Source of the DNA: Paecilomyces variotii
Taxonomy: Eukaryota
NCBI GenBank assembly: GCA_004022145.1
Contig: RCNU01000007.1
Length of the DNA stretch: 64,000 nucleotides
Reading direction: 5' to 3' (one strand)
Shown here: piece after piece, positions 24,850-38,085 of the stretch
Numbering within the stretch: position 1 is the stretch's first letter
Layout of the letters: every line of letters begins with the position of its first letter
Notes under the pieces: generated by a model
The model's database searches: none
What the model saw: the letters and a program-made list of their open reading frames with translations, nothing else
Told to the model about the DNA's origin: nothing
Made by a program: the position numbers and the translations under genes

Positions 24850-27800
24850 CTATCTCGATCTCTGTGCCACAGTTAGCTTGGAGTTTCTGGCGCCGGAGAA
24901 TTGTACCAATGGTCACAAACTTACCAGACTTGTTGCTGCCGCTGCCGCCGCGAGATCAGATTTCGAACTGACGTTCCTCGCAGCGACTCTCGGCAGGGCA
25001 GATCCAGATAGAGAACCACCGTTGGATGCTTTTCTCACCGATGACGGTGCCTGCGCACCATTTGGTGCTCTCTTCACAGGCGTCTGTTTCATGGGAGAGT
25101 TGTTGGACAAGTCGTTCTTCACCGCCGTGCCGTTCCTGAGACTGGTGCCCGGGGGCTCCGGAAGAGGGCGCGACGATGGTGTAGACATTGTGTGCACACG
25201 CTTCACAGGAGAGCTTGTGTTGGAGCTAAGATAGAGCCGCGATCGACTCGGGGCTTTGATGCCAGTGATAAATTCATGGTTCAGGGCGTCAGTCGGACTG
25301 AGCCGGCGGGAGGGATCCCATCGGAGGCAACCCGCAACGAAATCAAGGAAGGGCTCATTGTCACACTTGAGAGCCTGCTTGAGATCCTTTGAGCTTGGTC
25401 TGCGTCGGCGTCCTTTCGAGGACACAGTCAACCGCGGTTTGCCCAACGAGTCGAAGAACAGCTTCTTGCGGGTGCTCTTTTCTATCAAATGTTTCTCCGG
25501 CGGTCCGAATACTTCCATGATACAGGCCAGCTGTTCCTGCTCATTTTCTCCAGGGAATATGGGGTATCCGGTGTATAGCTCAGCGAGGATACATCCCAAA
25601 CTCCACATATCAATCGGCAGGCCATACGACATGCCAAGGATAACCTCGGGGGAACGGTAGAATCGACTCTGGATGTAGGTATACACCTTTTCATGCTCAA
25701 AACAACTCGAACCGAAGTCGATTACCCTGATTTCAGGCCGCATGGGATGAACGAGAAGAATATTCTCCGGCTTCAGGTCACAATGGATAACCTTTTTGCT
25801 TTGTAGGAGGATGAGCGTGCTGAGAAGCTGCTTGGTAAAGGTACGGATCAGTTTCAGAGAGAATCCTCTGAAATCGTGGGCTTTTATGAATTCGTAAAGG
25901 TTCATGCCAAGTAGCTCAGTCGAGATACACAGATGACCTCTGAAATAGAAACTCTGGGTGAAGTTCACTACGCTATGGCGACGATGAGGATCCTGTACCA
26001 TCGGGTTAGCAACTCAGGCAGTAAAGGCAGAGGAGCGATAACTGGCTTACCCATTCTTTTAGCTTCTGAAGAATGTTGACTTCAACGAGCGCCTGCTGGT
26101 GAAACCTCTTCTTGTTACGGATGATCTTAACTGCAACGAGGCCTCCCGTCTTGTGATCCACACATCTCACGACCTGGCCAAAACTTCCCTTGCCCAGGAC
26201 ATCAACGACTTCGTAACGGTAAGCCAAGTGATCGCCTATGACGATATTATAGTCGCCTCGGTCGTCATCATAGCCAAAGTTTGCCGATTGCGATTTGAGG
26301 TCTCCAACGTGCTTCTTAGCTTTCTGCGTCCCGCAGAAATAGATATCCTTGAAGTCGATGATCTCTCCTCGTTCAAATATGTTGAGGCTCGCCATCTTTA
26401 GGGCCTGGCCTGGACTGACTCGCTCTTTAGGGCTTGCTCGGCGATGCAGTTCGTCAAGCTGCTTGGCAGCTGTCTCGAAATCTTTCCGTTTGCTTCCCAG
26501 CCGCCTCATTTCCTCTTCCGCAGCAAGATCATCAGGGTCCACGTTCGGGTCTAAAGGACGCTGTCTAAGAGCAGAACTTGATTTCGCCGAGCTGAGGATT
26601 TTGTGGACAGGGGACAGGATCGACGATGCGGAGCGGTTATGTGAAACCTCCGTTCCACCGCTATCCGTCGTCGACGGACTAGGGTCAAGACCCCGACACT
26701 TATCACTACCAACGTTGTGGCTCTTTGCCGTCACAGTGTTTGAAATGCCCGACATTGAAGACTTCCGTCTAGCTTTGGCAGCAGACTTCAGAGTTGGACT
26801 CGTGTTGGAAGCAGTAGACAAGTTGTTCCAAGTAGCAGATGCCGGAAGTCGAGGTGGTGGCATGTTATCGTACTTGACTGGGTCTCCCTCAGTCCCCGCG
26901 GTAGCTTGTGCCTTTGAGGTGCTGCTTTTCCTGGTCAGATTGAGCCTGGTCCTCAAGGACGAACCGGAAACACTACTGGTTTCCGGGTCCGTAGGACTGG
27001 ATAATTGACTAAGCGTTTCAGTATTGGAAGAGAATGCTGAACTCTGTGTCTGGGGACGCGGTCCAATTGGCTTCGCCGGGAGTGAGCTTTGCGCAGTGTC
27101 TGCGGTGCTTTTGTGTACTATGTCGCCGTTGGTCTTTGGCAACGACGTGATGTACGGAGACGAGGTCCTGTCCTCGTTCGAGAGCTCACGTTGTCCGAGT
27201 GCACTGGAGCTGCTGGCTGGTCTGAAGCCACTCGTAGTCGAACTAAGGACAAAGTGTGATGTGCTGCTCCTGACCAACGTTTTGGGCATAGGGTCTGGTT
27301 CACCATATATGTCGAAAAATCCTGCCTTTGATGCAGTTAAAGGTGTGCTTGGAGTCTTCGATGTATTGAGATTTGGAGGGGTAGTATAGGTACCCAGGTC
27401 TGCTTGCGACGAGGCGTCGCGATCTTTCAGGGCCTCGATCTTAGCAGCCACTGGTGTACTCAGAGGTAGTAGATTCAAAGGCGGAAGCTTGAGGGGCTGA
27501 AGATTCTTCTTCCCCATAGGGGCAGCTGATCTCACCTTGGCCTCAGGAGTCTTCGGTGCCCGTCGGCTTGAAGGAACGGCAGGATTGTCCTGGCTAGGAC
27601 CAGCCGTGTTACCGCTAGAGTCAGAGTTGCGCTTGGAACCCACATTTTGCACAGCAAGCTCGGATGGTATCGTAGTCGAGTTATGGAAATTAGGGAATAC
27701 TGGGTCGTTCTCGCCCTTTGGTGACTCAAACGCTTTGGGAATAGCAGGCACCGGGGGAACTTCCTCCGCCTCAGGAGCAGCCATGCTTTCCACACGGGGT

Positions 27801-29400
27801 TTCGGTGTTGGCAGCCGCGAGGTTGAGAGATTCTGCGAGAGTCGAGGCTGCAAGGAGCCATTCGAATTTCGTATTGAATTGTAGCTCGTGGCAGACGACA
27901 GAGACATGCCAGAGCTGTAGGATTTGCGGTTGGGGTCGGGCGTCGTTCTAGTGGAAGACGGCGTCACGCTTTTCCTTGGTAGCATTGATGGTGATTGAGC
28001 AGACGAACGAGGACGTGAAGGCACCCTCTCCGGTTGAGTTGGGGGAGTATGAGGCACTGGAGGAGCCTGAGGCATCATAGACATTCTCTGCATCCGCCTA
28101 GCATCCGTGGGGCTTATCGTACGTGCACCAAGACCCGTAGCATGAGGTGGCATAACGGATACCCTCTTGGCGGAAGAAGGGGTTGTTGGCTGGCTTGCTC
28201 CAGTCTTTGAAGGCGTCGTCCAGGAGGATCTTGAATGTTCAGAACCTGACGGAGTCAAAAGGTTGTCTCGGGGCTCTCTCGAAGGCGGTAGCAGCGATTT
28301 CGCTTTCAGGTTGCGCGGCGCTGGAAGCTTGGAGTCGTCACCATTGCCGTCAATATTTGATGGTCGAGTACGAAACGTAGGATTCCCTTGGTCTGGATTA
28401 TTCGTGTCGTTGCTGGATTTCCGGCTTACCAGACTGGGCCGTCTCCGTGCAACTCCTCCAGCAGTATTGTCAAGCGGAATCGTTCCAGGTCCAACCGACT
28501 TTCGGGGCGCCTTCGTAGGAATAGGGTTGGAAGAGGGTGCCGGCGCTAGACTCTGTCGACGTCGTCGAAAGGTTGCAGGAGCAGGCGGAGGGGGCATCTG
28601 CCCAGCCTGACCTCCGGTATCAGCTGGTCGGTTTCTAGAACCACTTCCTGCCGATTGAGCTCCGGGGCCAGGGCCGACTTTAGCCCAAGGGTTGTTGGAT
28701 TTGAACGTGGTAGTCTTGTTGTCATAACCTCCCCCACCACCTGCGTGTCCAGGCATGGGGAAATGATTCAAAGTTGGTTCCCCCATAATGCTATTATGGA
28801 AATCGTCAAAGTTGATAGGAGCCAGGAATTCAGAGCTGTCCGGTGGAGTCTGTTGATTCTCCACCCTTTGCCATGTCCCAAGGCTGAGCCGTGGATTACT
28901 GCTGATGGAGTGGCTTTCACTAGAGTCGTTAGTCGAATCGAGAGATGAGTTGACAGAATGCAAGAAACTGGTGGAGGTGTGTCTGGAAGGATTAAAATAA
29001 CGGATGGTCAGTCATGTTCTGACAAAGAATGGAAACGGGGGGGAATATACCGTTTGACAGGACTTCCTTGAGGGCGCGGGCCTAAGGGTGCTTTCTGCTC
29101 TCGAGTTGAGGGTTGTCTCCGAACCACGCTGCCGCGTCTGCCGCCCGCGGCATTCGAAGGGAAGGATGTCGCATTCAAATCAGACCCTTTGGATGGAGGC
29201 CTCTGCAGTCTTCTTCGTCCGGGTCCCTCCGCTGTGCTGTCCGTCGTCTTCTCACTTGCGGTGGACGCTTGGCTCGACATCACAGTTTGCATACCTCCAG
29301 ATACAGAATCATCGTTGCGAGACAGATTGGATGTCCTCGAGTCAGTGGTGCGCGATTGTGCAGAACTGGGAATTTGCTGCGAAGCCACCTTGGCTGACAT
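24850..29400 (-). CDS. pom1: DYRK-family dual-specificity protein kinase, Pom1-like
   Basis: Exons 29400-29051, 28982-26051, 25992-24925, 24861-24850. Long S/P-rich N-terminus, DH box GYDDDRGDY, GKGSFGQV, HCDLKPEN, YTYIQSRFYRSPE. Confidence 0.92.
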
Positions 29401-30212
29401 GATTTTGATGTTTTCGAAGACGGTTAGCAGACCGATAGATCGAAATTGTTAATTCCACCAAGTGCGGGGGATCCAACGCAAAAAACCAAACCCCACACAA
29501 GATACAGTCGCAGCAGCATCCACTGGACGGCTGTTGAGATGGTCTCAGGATGTTAGAGAGGCTGGTCAACAAAGTCGCGACCTGCAGCTGTCACCGGTCC
29601 ATCGCGGGGAGAAACGCAGGCAATAAGCTCGAACGGTGAACCGGTGGCGGTTCTGGAAGGGAAGACGCAAGAGCTACTCGACCGAATGGACTATGCGTTG
29701 ACTCGAGAGCTCGTCACGTAGAACTGGGGGCGACACAGGAGGTGGTTGAGTGGTGAAAACAAGCCCGTGGAGAGCTTGCTGCTGTCGCTTGGGGTTGTCG
29801 TTAGGGAAACCCAAGCATATCAGACGGAGTAATTGGTGAAGTAGGGCAACGACGACACGGCAGGCTAGCAGTCCACGAGGAGGGCAAGATGCGATGGCAC
29901 AGAGATGACAATTGCCAGTGTGCAAGGCCAGTCTGGACAGGATCTGGTGGTAAACAACCAGGCACGACTTGTTGGCCTGTCTATCTCGTCGTGCTGGTGC
30001 GTGCCCCTGGATCGTCGGACTTCTTTTGCACCTAGCGGCAAAGCAGGCTGCAAACAACGCAAACGGCAATCACTTAGTTATCACCTCCGCATCGTTGTCT
30101 ATCGCTCCCGAGGTCTTCTTTTGCCTCTTCTTCTGATGCGGGCATCTGTATTTTTTGTAGCAATGGTCCCCTCTTTTCCGTGATACTGCGCCATCATCTC
30201 TCAGGTGTCGCG

Positions 30213-31990
30213 ATGGAAGAACATTCAGCTGACGCTGTGGTCAACCGGGATGAACCCATCCCGGTGCTTGGAGAACCCAATGACGGCAGTGCATCGCGAC
30301 GCAAGAGAGACAGTTGGATTGGGAGGCTCTCTTTCGACCGCCAGAAAGAGCATCAGGAGACGCTGGGATCCCATGGGCCAACGTCTATTCAGGACCGTCT
30401 CCTCTCCATGTAAGCTCCCATTTAGGCTCTACAGGGTTATCTATATTCTACATGCGCATCTTGCATAGATGACTGACTGGTAGCTCAGGATCCTGCAGCA
30501 AGTCATTCCAGCAGACACCGAAGATGACAGTGTTACCGCAGAGGATGCGAACCCACACGGGAAGGCCAGACGGCCGGATTTCAGTCTGCCTCTAATGGCG
30601 AACAACTTTCGCCGTTTCAATGCGAGGTATGATAATTTCCATACTCCCGTGGTCCAGATGATTGATGGCTAAGAAAGATCGTAGAATCGGCATAGTCTTC
30701 GTCTTCCAGAACAGGCTCGAACGTCTAGTTAGTTGGCGCAAACCGACACATACGCTCTCTTTTCTCTGTCTCTATTCATTTGTGTGTTTAGACCCCTATC
30801 TATTAGCCATCCTACCCATAGCCGTTGCACTGCTCTTCATCATGGTGCCGGCCTTCTTGGCTCGTCATCCGCCTCCTCCCTCCAATTCGACATCAAGTAC
30901 GACGCCCTACTATTCATACGAAGGGCCCGCTCTTGCTCCAGCAAAGACTATCAAGCCAGCAAGCGAGACATCAAAGGACTTCCTCCGCAACATGCGCGAT
31001 CTGCAGAATTGCATGGCCGACTTTGCCAATGGACATGATAACGTGGTCTCCTTAGTGGCTCCGGCCACCAACTTCTCGGACGAGAAATTCTCTTCCACTC
31101 TGTTTTTGGTGCTTTATGTCGTAATGGCCGTGTTATTCTTGACGGCGCATCATCTACCGTGGCGCTTCATCTTGCTTATCGGTGGCAATGCTGGCATCAT
31201 CGCCAACCACCCTGGCGTGCAGGAATTTATCAGGCAATGTATGGCAAGTATAAAGGAAGGTCAGTCCGACGAGGGTCACGACTACAAGCGATCAGAGAAG
31301 TCCGTCATCTCTAGAGTGCCTTCGTCCCCGTCGGCACTAATATCCTCCCTAAACAACATGGTCGATATCTCATTGGATTCCTCCCCAGAAGAGCGTGAAG
31401 TCGAGATCTTTGAGCTTCAGTATCGACCATTCTCCTTGTATTCTGCCTCCCCGGAATGGGAGCATGTTCTTTTCAGCCCGACACCGTATGATCCACTGTC
31501 CCCGTCCCGCATTGCTGGTGACCGTCCCCGGGGGTGTCGTTTCTTTGAGGACGTTCGACCACCGACAGGCTGGGCCTGGAAGAATAAAAAGTGGGAGTTA
31601 GATCTGGATTGCCGTGAATGGGTGGTCGAACGCATGGTCACTGGCGTTGGATTCGAAGCGCCCGATGAGAACTTTGGTAGCGGCGGTAATGGAGAAGAAG
31701 TGGGTGGCTGGGTCTGGGACCTGGCTCCTGTATCTGACGTGCCGGACACGGAAACTGATCTCAACTCAACTATTTACGGTGCCTGCCAAGAGCCGGATAC
31801 TACATCCAAGTCTGGTCGGAAAGTGAAGCAGGAATCCAAAGACAAGGGAAAAGCTGCTAGCCGCGACTGGGAAGAAGTCGTTTCTCATGGTGTCGGAGAA
31901 TGGAGGCGCAGAAGATGGGTGCGAATCGTCCAGAGAGTTGGTATTCCACCTGTCGAAAAAGACCGGGACACTGAGACGGATAGAGATTAA
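30213..31990 (+). CDS. Pex24/Pex28/Pex29-family peroxin (reticulon-like plus dysferlin domain)
   Basis: ATG 30213, introns 30410-30488 and 30627-30684. FSLPLMANNFRRFNARIGIVF, SKDFLRNMRDLQNCM, EVEIFELQ, WRRRRWVR. Confidence 0.9.
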
Positions 31991-32990
31991 TTTCTCCGTA
32001 GTGCCTCGGCCATCTTCCCTACAGTATGGTGCGCAGACTGCATAAAGACGGCTTCTACCTCTATGAATTACGATCCATAACATCGAACCACTCTCTGAAT
32101 AACCTTCCAAGAGCCATCTCTTGCATCTAGTCTATAGATAGTAGAAGTATGACACTCAGCATGCAGGGATTTTACCCTAGCTAATTCGAAAGCAACTAAG
32201 TATGGGGTAACCGCGATCTTTCTGCGGCCCAAAGGTCTCTTATCGAACCTTGCAGCCCCTATGACCGTCTGGCACATCTTCCCGTCGAAGAGAACAGTAT
32301 ATAGTTACTGCACACATAAAGAGTGAATTCATATACTATCGTTCAGTTTGTCCCAAAACAGCTACCATCCCTACCGATAATATCGCCAGTAATAAGATAT
32401 GGGATAAAATTCCCTCAACTTGCATGTGGACCTGGATTCATCCGCGGGCTATTTGAGCAACACAGTGAGGCCGAACCGTCCGTTGTTTGAAACACTGGAC
32501 CCAAGCAGATCCAGCCGCCATGTGGGACGTTATAGCTTATCAGTTCCAAGGAAAACTAGCGAACAATCCATCCATAATGTTGACAGCGGAATCTGCCTTT
32601 ATCTAGTTAGTTACTTAGCGGTGAGAAGCTTGCTTCGATTACTAGCTGCCGGCAGAACCGGCCTATATCCTAGGGGGTGCTAAACACTAGCCACAGTCGG
32701 TAAGAAACTAGTATTCTAATATGTATGCAATAATAATAGAAAAGAAATAACCTTAACATAGTCGAGTAATAATAGAGAGTATCCCTCATTCTTCGCATAT
32801 TATCTTAAAATACGTTCACGAGGATAAGAGGAAACCTGCACCAGAGGAAGGGGTTAATAATAATTAATGAACGAAAATTAGAATGGATCTCAGTGTCCAT
32901 ACCTGGTTATTGTTGTTGATGTCATTGTTAGTTCGACACGTAGGGCACAAGTGCTGAAGAAACCCTTCAAATGATCTTGGTAAATCGAAC

Positions 32991-33936
32991 TCAAGATATG
33001 CTTTCTCCAGGCGTATCTGTAACCAAAGAGATGAGCGACCTGAAAGCTGCATTTATTAAACACAAATGGTTTTCTCCTGACTCACACATATTCCAGCTGA
33101 TCTGAAGAATATACGAGACATAGCTGATCAGTTTCAGATTGCTCGTCTCTGGAACCGGAATTGTTTTTCTGATTGGAAGAGGGAGGCGACGTTGGCGACT
33201 CGAGTGAAGTGCAAACGTCATGAAACTGGAAGGCAAGACACCAGCCTGTTGAAAGTCAACTACCCAAAGCTGACCATTGCTATCCACTGGAAAATTATCG
33301 CGATGGAGATCCGAGTAATAGCACATCAGGGGTTCGTTGCTGAAATCCACCTTGTCGTTGTCCGGTTCACGTTGGACTTTTCTGACGCAGCTCAGAGTCT
33401 TTATGTCAGTTTAGCATTATGTATCTTTTAGATAGAAGTCGAATGAAGCTACTAACCCCGTTGATAAAATCTCCCAGTTCAAAAGCAGAAGAAAAGTGAA
33501 AGGGGGCCTCGCGGTCCCTGAAAAAGAAGTGTCTAATACGGCCTCCGGATATGCTTCCAAAGACGCCAGCAGGTGGAGGAATGCTGATTAATTCTGAAAC
33601 GGCCTGCGCTATCTGTTCATCAGAAGCTTTGTCTTTGATATCGATATGCTCCATGAGGATGTAAGTCAATCCCAGTTCAGTCTCAAAAGCGTGATATATC
33701 TCTGGGATTCGAATAACTGAATCACGTTTCTTCATTATCTGCTCATAGAAAAATAGCTGAGTGTGTGCTTCGTCCATACTCGCGTTGTTGTATTTGATGA
33801 AAATATCTTTGTCATCGGTGGAGTAGGTTATGTGATTATGGCGGAAGCCTTTTTTCTTGCAGAGCTTGATAACGGTAGCCTTACTGGGCAGATTAGCTAT
33901 CGAGGGGTTCAGAATCTCGCTTGTCGTAATAAGCAT
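32991..33936 (-). CDS. APH/choline-kinase-like phosphotransferase
   Basis: ATG 33936, intron 33456-33399, possible further intron from 33085. IFIKY, RIPEIYHAF, YILMEHI, DLHRDNF, WVVDFQQAG. Confidence 0.72.
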
Positions 33937-34044
33937 CGTTGTGTATGGATGATGCTGATACCGGTTTTTGATATACAAGGTGTCAATTAGTATGCGGTGA
34001 CAGATGTGTGCAGATGTGTGTGAATGTAAGAGTGACAGGAGAGT

Positions 34045-34290
34045 AAGTTAAAATCAGCCCGAAACCTAAGGCATCCAAAATCCCATAACGTTACCTCCAG
34101 TATTGTTTAAGCTTCTCAAGATGGACGATGGGTCCGTATTGAAGCTTCAAGTATCTTACAGTGTCTGCAATTCTTATCTATCTGTTCGATTCTATAACCT
34201 GGTGGAAACCTGCAGCGGTCTGATGATCTTGGTACACAAATTATCGCTAAGTTCTAGGTTCTCGGACATCAAAGATAGACAGCGTCTGAA
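34045..34290 (-). pseudogene. degenerate coding fragment with TAG/TAA stops (RIP-like)
   Basis: After a CTAAC..TTTGCAG acceptor the frame reads QTLSIFDVREPRT*R*FVYQDHQTAAGFHQVIESNR*IRIADTVRYLKLQYGPIVHLEKLKQYWR*RYGILDALG. All stops are TAG or TAA, one transition from Q or W codons. Confidence 0.4.
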
Positions 34291-35228
34291 CTGCAAATAC
34301 ACAAAAAGGATGTTAGAGTAGGAGTAGAAGAAGGTAGTCCACTGCTAGAAAACTTTATATCAATGCAATTACTTATTAGCTTTAACCTTAGTTTTAACCA
34401 TACCCCTTGTCTCATTAGTAGGATCTTTTTAATATTTCGAAATATAATTACAGTACAAGACTGAGAGTTATCTATCCAACATTAGACCGCGAGCGAGAAA
34501 TTTCTTCAACTGCTAAATATTTTATCATGCCTCGTATTTTAGCAGGCCGCGTTTCTCCTTAAGTATTGGGGGAGTATATTATTGCATCGAGTAGCTAGTC
34601 CGTACTGACACTATCAATTCATCTAGGTCATTCAGCTTCATCATGCCAATACGGATTTCAAATAACTATGGTCTGGTGATCTCACTTGAGCTGTTTAGGG
34701 CCGGAAACGGGGAACTACACTTGTGCCTTTGTGATATATATTTAGGGCGGGGATGTGATAGAACAGAAAATGTATAGCTTAACATTGTTTCTTCAGAAGC
34801 TACTTTACTTTTCATTTTAGAGCAGAGTTCAGCAGTGACAGGCAAAAAACCCGTACAAAAGGTAGAACCTAGCCATTACTTCTACACAGGGGCAGGCTCG
34901 GACACAGCAATGTTATCAGGGAGTCTGTCGAGTATCCGGGCGGGCGTCCATACTTCAAGGTCCATAGAAGCCATGCCTACCAGATGATAATAACCCAGAC
35001 AACCTACCATGTCATCTACAGAAAAAACATCTCAAATATTGCTTTGTTTCATTTCACTGATTGACCGACTATACAATAATCTAGGTCATCTCTCGATCAA
35101 GACATATGATCATAATACATGAAAGGACATAGAAAATATGAGCATGTGCTCACCCCACACGCCAAATTCCACATGCCGCCTGAAAAGGATACTTACTAGC
35201 TCTTTAAGCTGTAGTATATTGTACACAG

Positions 35229-36346
35229 TTAGAAGACCGCCGCTGCGAACGCAAGCAGGGCCACAAATGCCCCCTGTCCAGAGTAGGGCGGTGCAGCATT
35301 CGCGGTGCGAGACAATCCAGTATGAGGCAAAGTGCCAAATACAGTGGTATGAACCAGGCTCGGGGAGACAGCAGCGTTGGAAGAATCCCCGACGGCCATG
35401 GTGACAACGGAGACGGGGTACAAGGTGTTGGGAGTGGAGCTCTTGGTCGTGGCGAGCATCATCTGGATTGTCTTGGTAGTGTAAACGGTTGATCGATAAG
35501 ACGCAAGGACGACTGTAGTCTTTGAAGTCGAACTGCCGTGCCGGACAATGGTGGAGGGCCGAATAGTCTTAGTGGGTATGAAAGCAGGGCAGCCAGGGTC
35601 ATTGACGGTTGTGGGATCTGGGGTGGTTGACTTGGTGATTGTATTCCTCGGAGTAGGCGTGACCACAGTAGACATGCGAAAAGTTCCCGAAGTCAAGTCC
35701 GGAACGGCAGTACCCTGAGTAGCTGTACCAAGAGAAGACAATTCCGGTTCAGCAGGGTTATCCAGAGGCTCCAGATTGGAGAGCAGCGTCTCTGGGAGAG
35801 AGATGCTGGAGCCATCTAGGTAATACCCGGTGCCATTGAAGGCGCAGACGGCATCTCCAGCGCTCTCAGAAGATTGATAGCCTAGGTCCCGTTAGTCGAT
35901 GCGTAACTGTTTTCTCATCACACTGCTTTCTGGAAGATACACTTCGTCCTACACAACCCAGGGGCTACTTACAGAGAGCCGACTGCTTAAAGTCATCGGG
36001 CAGGGCATTAACGAGTCTGTATGTCACATGAGTCAGTGTTCTACTTTTTATACATTAATATCGGGATGAGGCAACATACTGCGCGTTACACCAGTGGAAC
36101 TCAGCAACAGACAACGAAAGGCAAGAGATGAGGGTCGCAGTTTCCATGGATTTGCCATCACAGTAAGTTCCCCCAACTTTGGAACAGATAAAAGTGCCGG
36201 TAGAAGGATCCAGACCACTGTAAGGTAAGCTTATATCCAACAATCTACCACATGACAAGGAAAGTCGGTACTTACCCGCCAATCTGTCCCTGGACAGGGG
36301 CACCAAAGGTGATGATCCACGCCAATATAAACGCGATGAAGTCCAT
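35229..36346 (-). CDS. secreted, probably GPI-anchored cell-surface protein with a small Cys-rich N-terminal domain and S/T-rich stalk
   Basis: ATG 36346, signal peptide MDFIAFILAWIITFGAPVQG, three introns (36275-36218, about 36079-36017, about 35970-35882). Six Cys (FICSK..YCDG..ISC..WCN..LCYQ..AVCAFNG), Thr-rich region, hydrophobic tail NAAPPYSGQGAFVALLAFAAAVF. Confidence 0.82.
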
Positions 36347-37055
36347 TTTGGCAAGATTGCTTAATCAGAAGGTATTTTGGTATCAAGAAACGCGTGAAAT
36401 TGCACCAGGAGGCAGTATGCAGATGAACCAACGTATGCCAAAGGAGTGTGGGTGTTTGAGAATGAGTGACGCGTTGGGAAGAGAAACAAAAGAAGACAAG
36501 GTGAAAGCAAAAGATAGCGCGATTTATGTTATTTTGATGCATCTCTTATTGGAAAAGATGGGACGAGCTGGCAGACTCTGAGCTGCATAGGTCACGGGTT
36601 ATATCAAAAGCGGTGACCTATTGACTGTACCGCTCAGCTTCAGGAGTAAAGTCGTTATTAACAAAGCTACAGTTTTCCATAATGGATATGAAAAGAATGT
36701 GCATAGATGTTATATGCCTTGACTGTTGGAGGGTTGGCTTATACGGTTCGTATTCCTTGGTGGTGAGAGTGATGCAGTGATATTGAGGTATATAGTGGCT
36801 GATATCATTAGCAATGACCTACGCAAGCGCCTTCAAGGATGCACCATACAGCGCAGAACATTTAGACAGATGGAGTCTACCATGGGTACCCGCGGATATG
36901 GGCACCATCTCTGGTAAGACTAGAAAAAGGGCAAAGCACTCCAGAAGCAGATGATAAGGATTCTATAAGGACCCATTTATGTACTAGACTTTTGACCATG
37001 ACCCTAACGCCCGTGTCGCCCAATTTAATTCAGATATGCAGCAGCAGAAGAAACA

Positions 37056-37830
37056 TTATTGCTGACTATGACTTTGCTTCCACTTCTTAATCCTCCGCCC
37101 GATATCACCTGCGGTTTGCTGCATAGGGTTCAACTTCCTGTCCCTGACCATGGCCTGAATATTATCACCGTGCTTGTTGATCAACCGCTCAATCCACTCT
37201 TGTTCCCGGGTACTTTGCTGACGAGGCTTCTTTTTCTTCACTAGCTCCTCTTCCTGAGCTGCCTGCAGCTCCAATTGCCTCACGATAGGGTTTTCTGAGA
37301 CCTGGCGTCTTGTCCGCACTTCCTCTTCCAGGTCTGATAGGTCGTTCAATGGATCGTTGAGTGGGTTGTCTCTTCGGACTTTGCGCCCCGCAACCTCGAT
37401 CTCATTATCGTTGATGACGCGCAGGATCTTGCCGGTCTCTGGGTCCCTCTCGACACGGGCTTCGCCCAGGGAAAGATTTGTAGCAGCGGCTTTGGCGCTT
37501 CCATTAATGTGAAGAGAATCAGAGGTCGTTTCGATAGGATTTCCTCCTGTTCGCTTCTCGACACCACCGGTGGGGGCATTCAGGCGCGATGACAGACCTA
37601 GTCGGCGGTAATTTTGTATGAGTGTCAATTTCTTATCCCTAGATGCAGATATTAGAATTGTGGCGCAATATCAAGATCGGATACGACAATATGCTGCCTT
37701 ACCAGTTCTCCGCGATGAGGGCATTGCCCAGCACATCGATCTTTTTATTGCCGTGAGGCAAAGTCTTGCGCTTGCGCCTGACCTTCGGCACTGCCGATCT
37801 ATTCTTTTTCTTTTGTAGTTCGCGACCCAT
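37056..37830 (-). CDS. NOP16: nucleolar protein 16 (60S ribosome biogenesis)
   Basis: [36 protein letters not shown] across intron 37702-37639. C-terminal [29 protein letters not shown]. Confidence 0.93.
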
Positions 37831-38085
37831 CTTGGCTCCAGGAATAAAGAGAAAAAATGTGCCCTCGACTGGATGCAATAAGTCAGATATCTGCAGCACT
37901 GAAAATAATGTCTTATCGATTGAGCGGTTCAACTTTTTTGGATGTTTGCAGAAGGACTTGGCATGTTTGCATCGCTAGTTCTACTTAGCCGTGCGCCGAT
38001 GTTAGTCCGATCCGCCTGTATCAGATCAGATACAACGGAATCGTCCCTGCTCCAACATCCCCAGTTGACGCGACCGGTGGATGCA

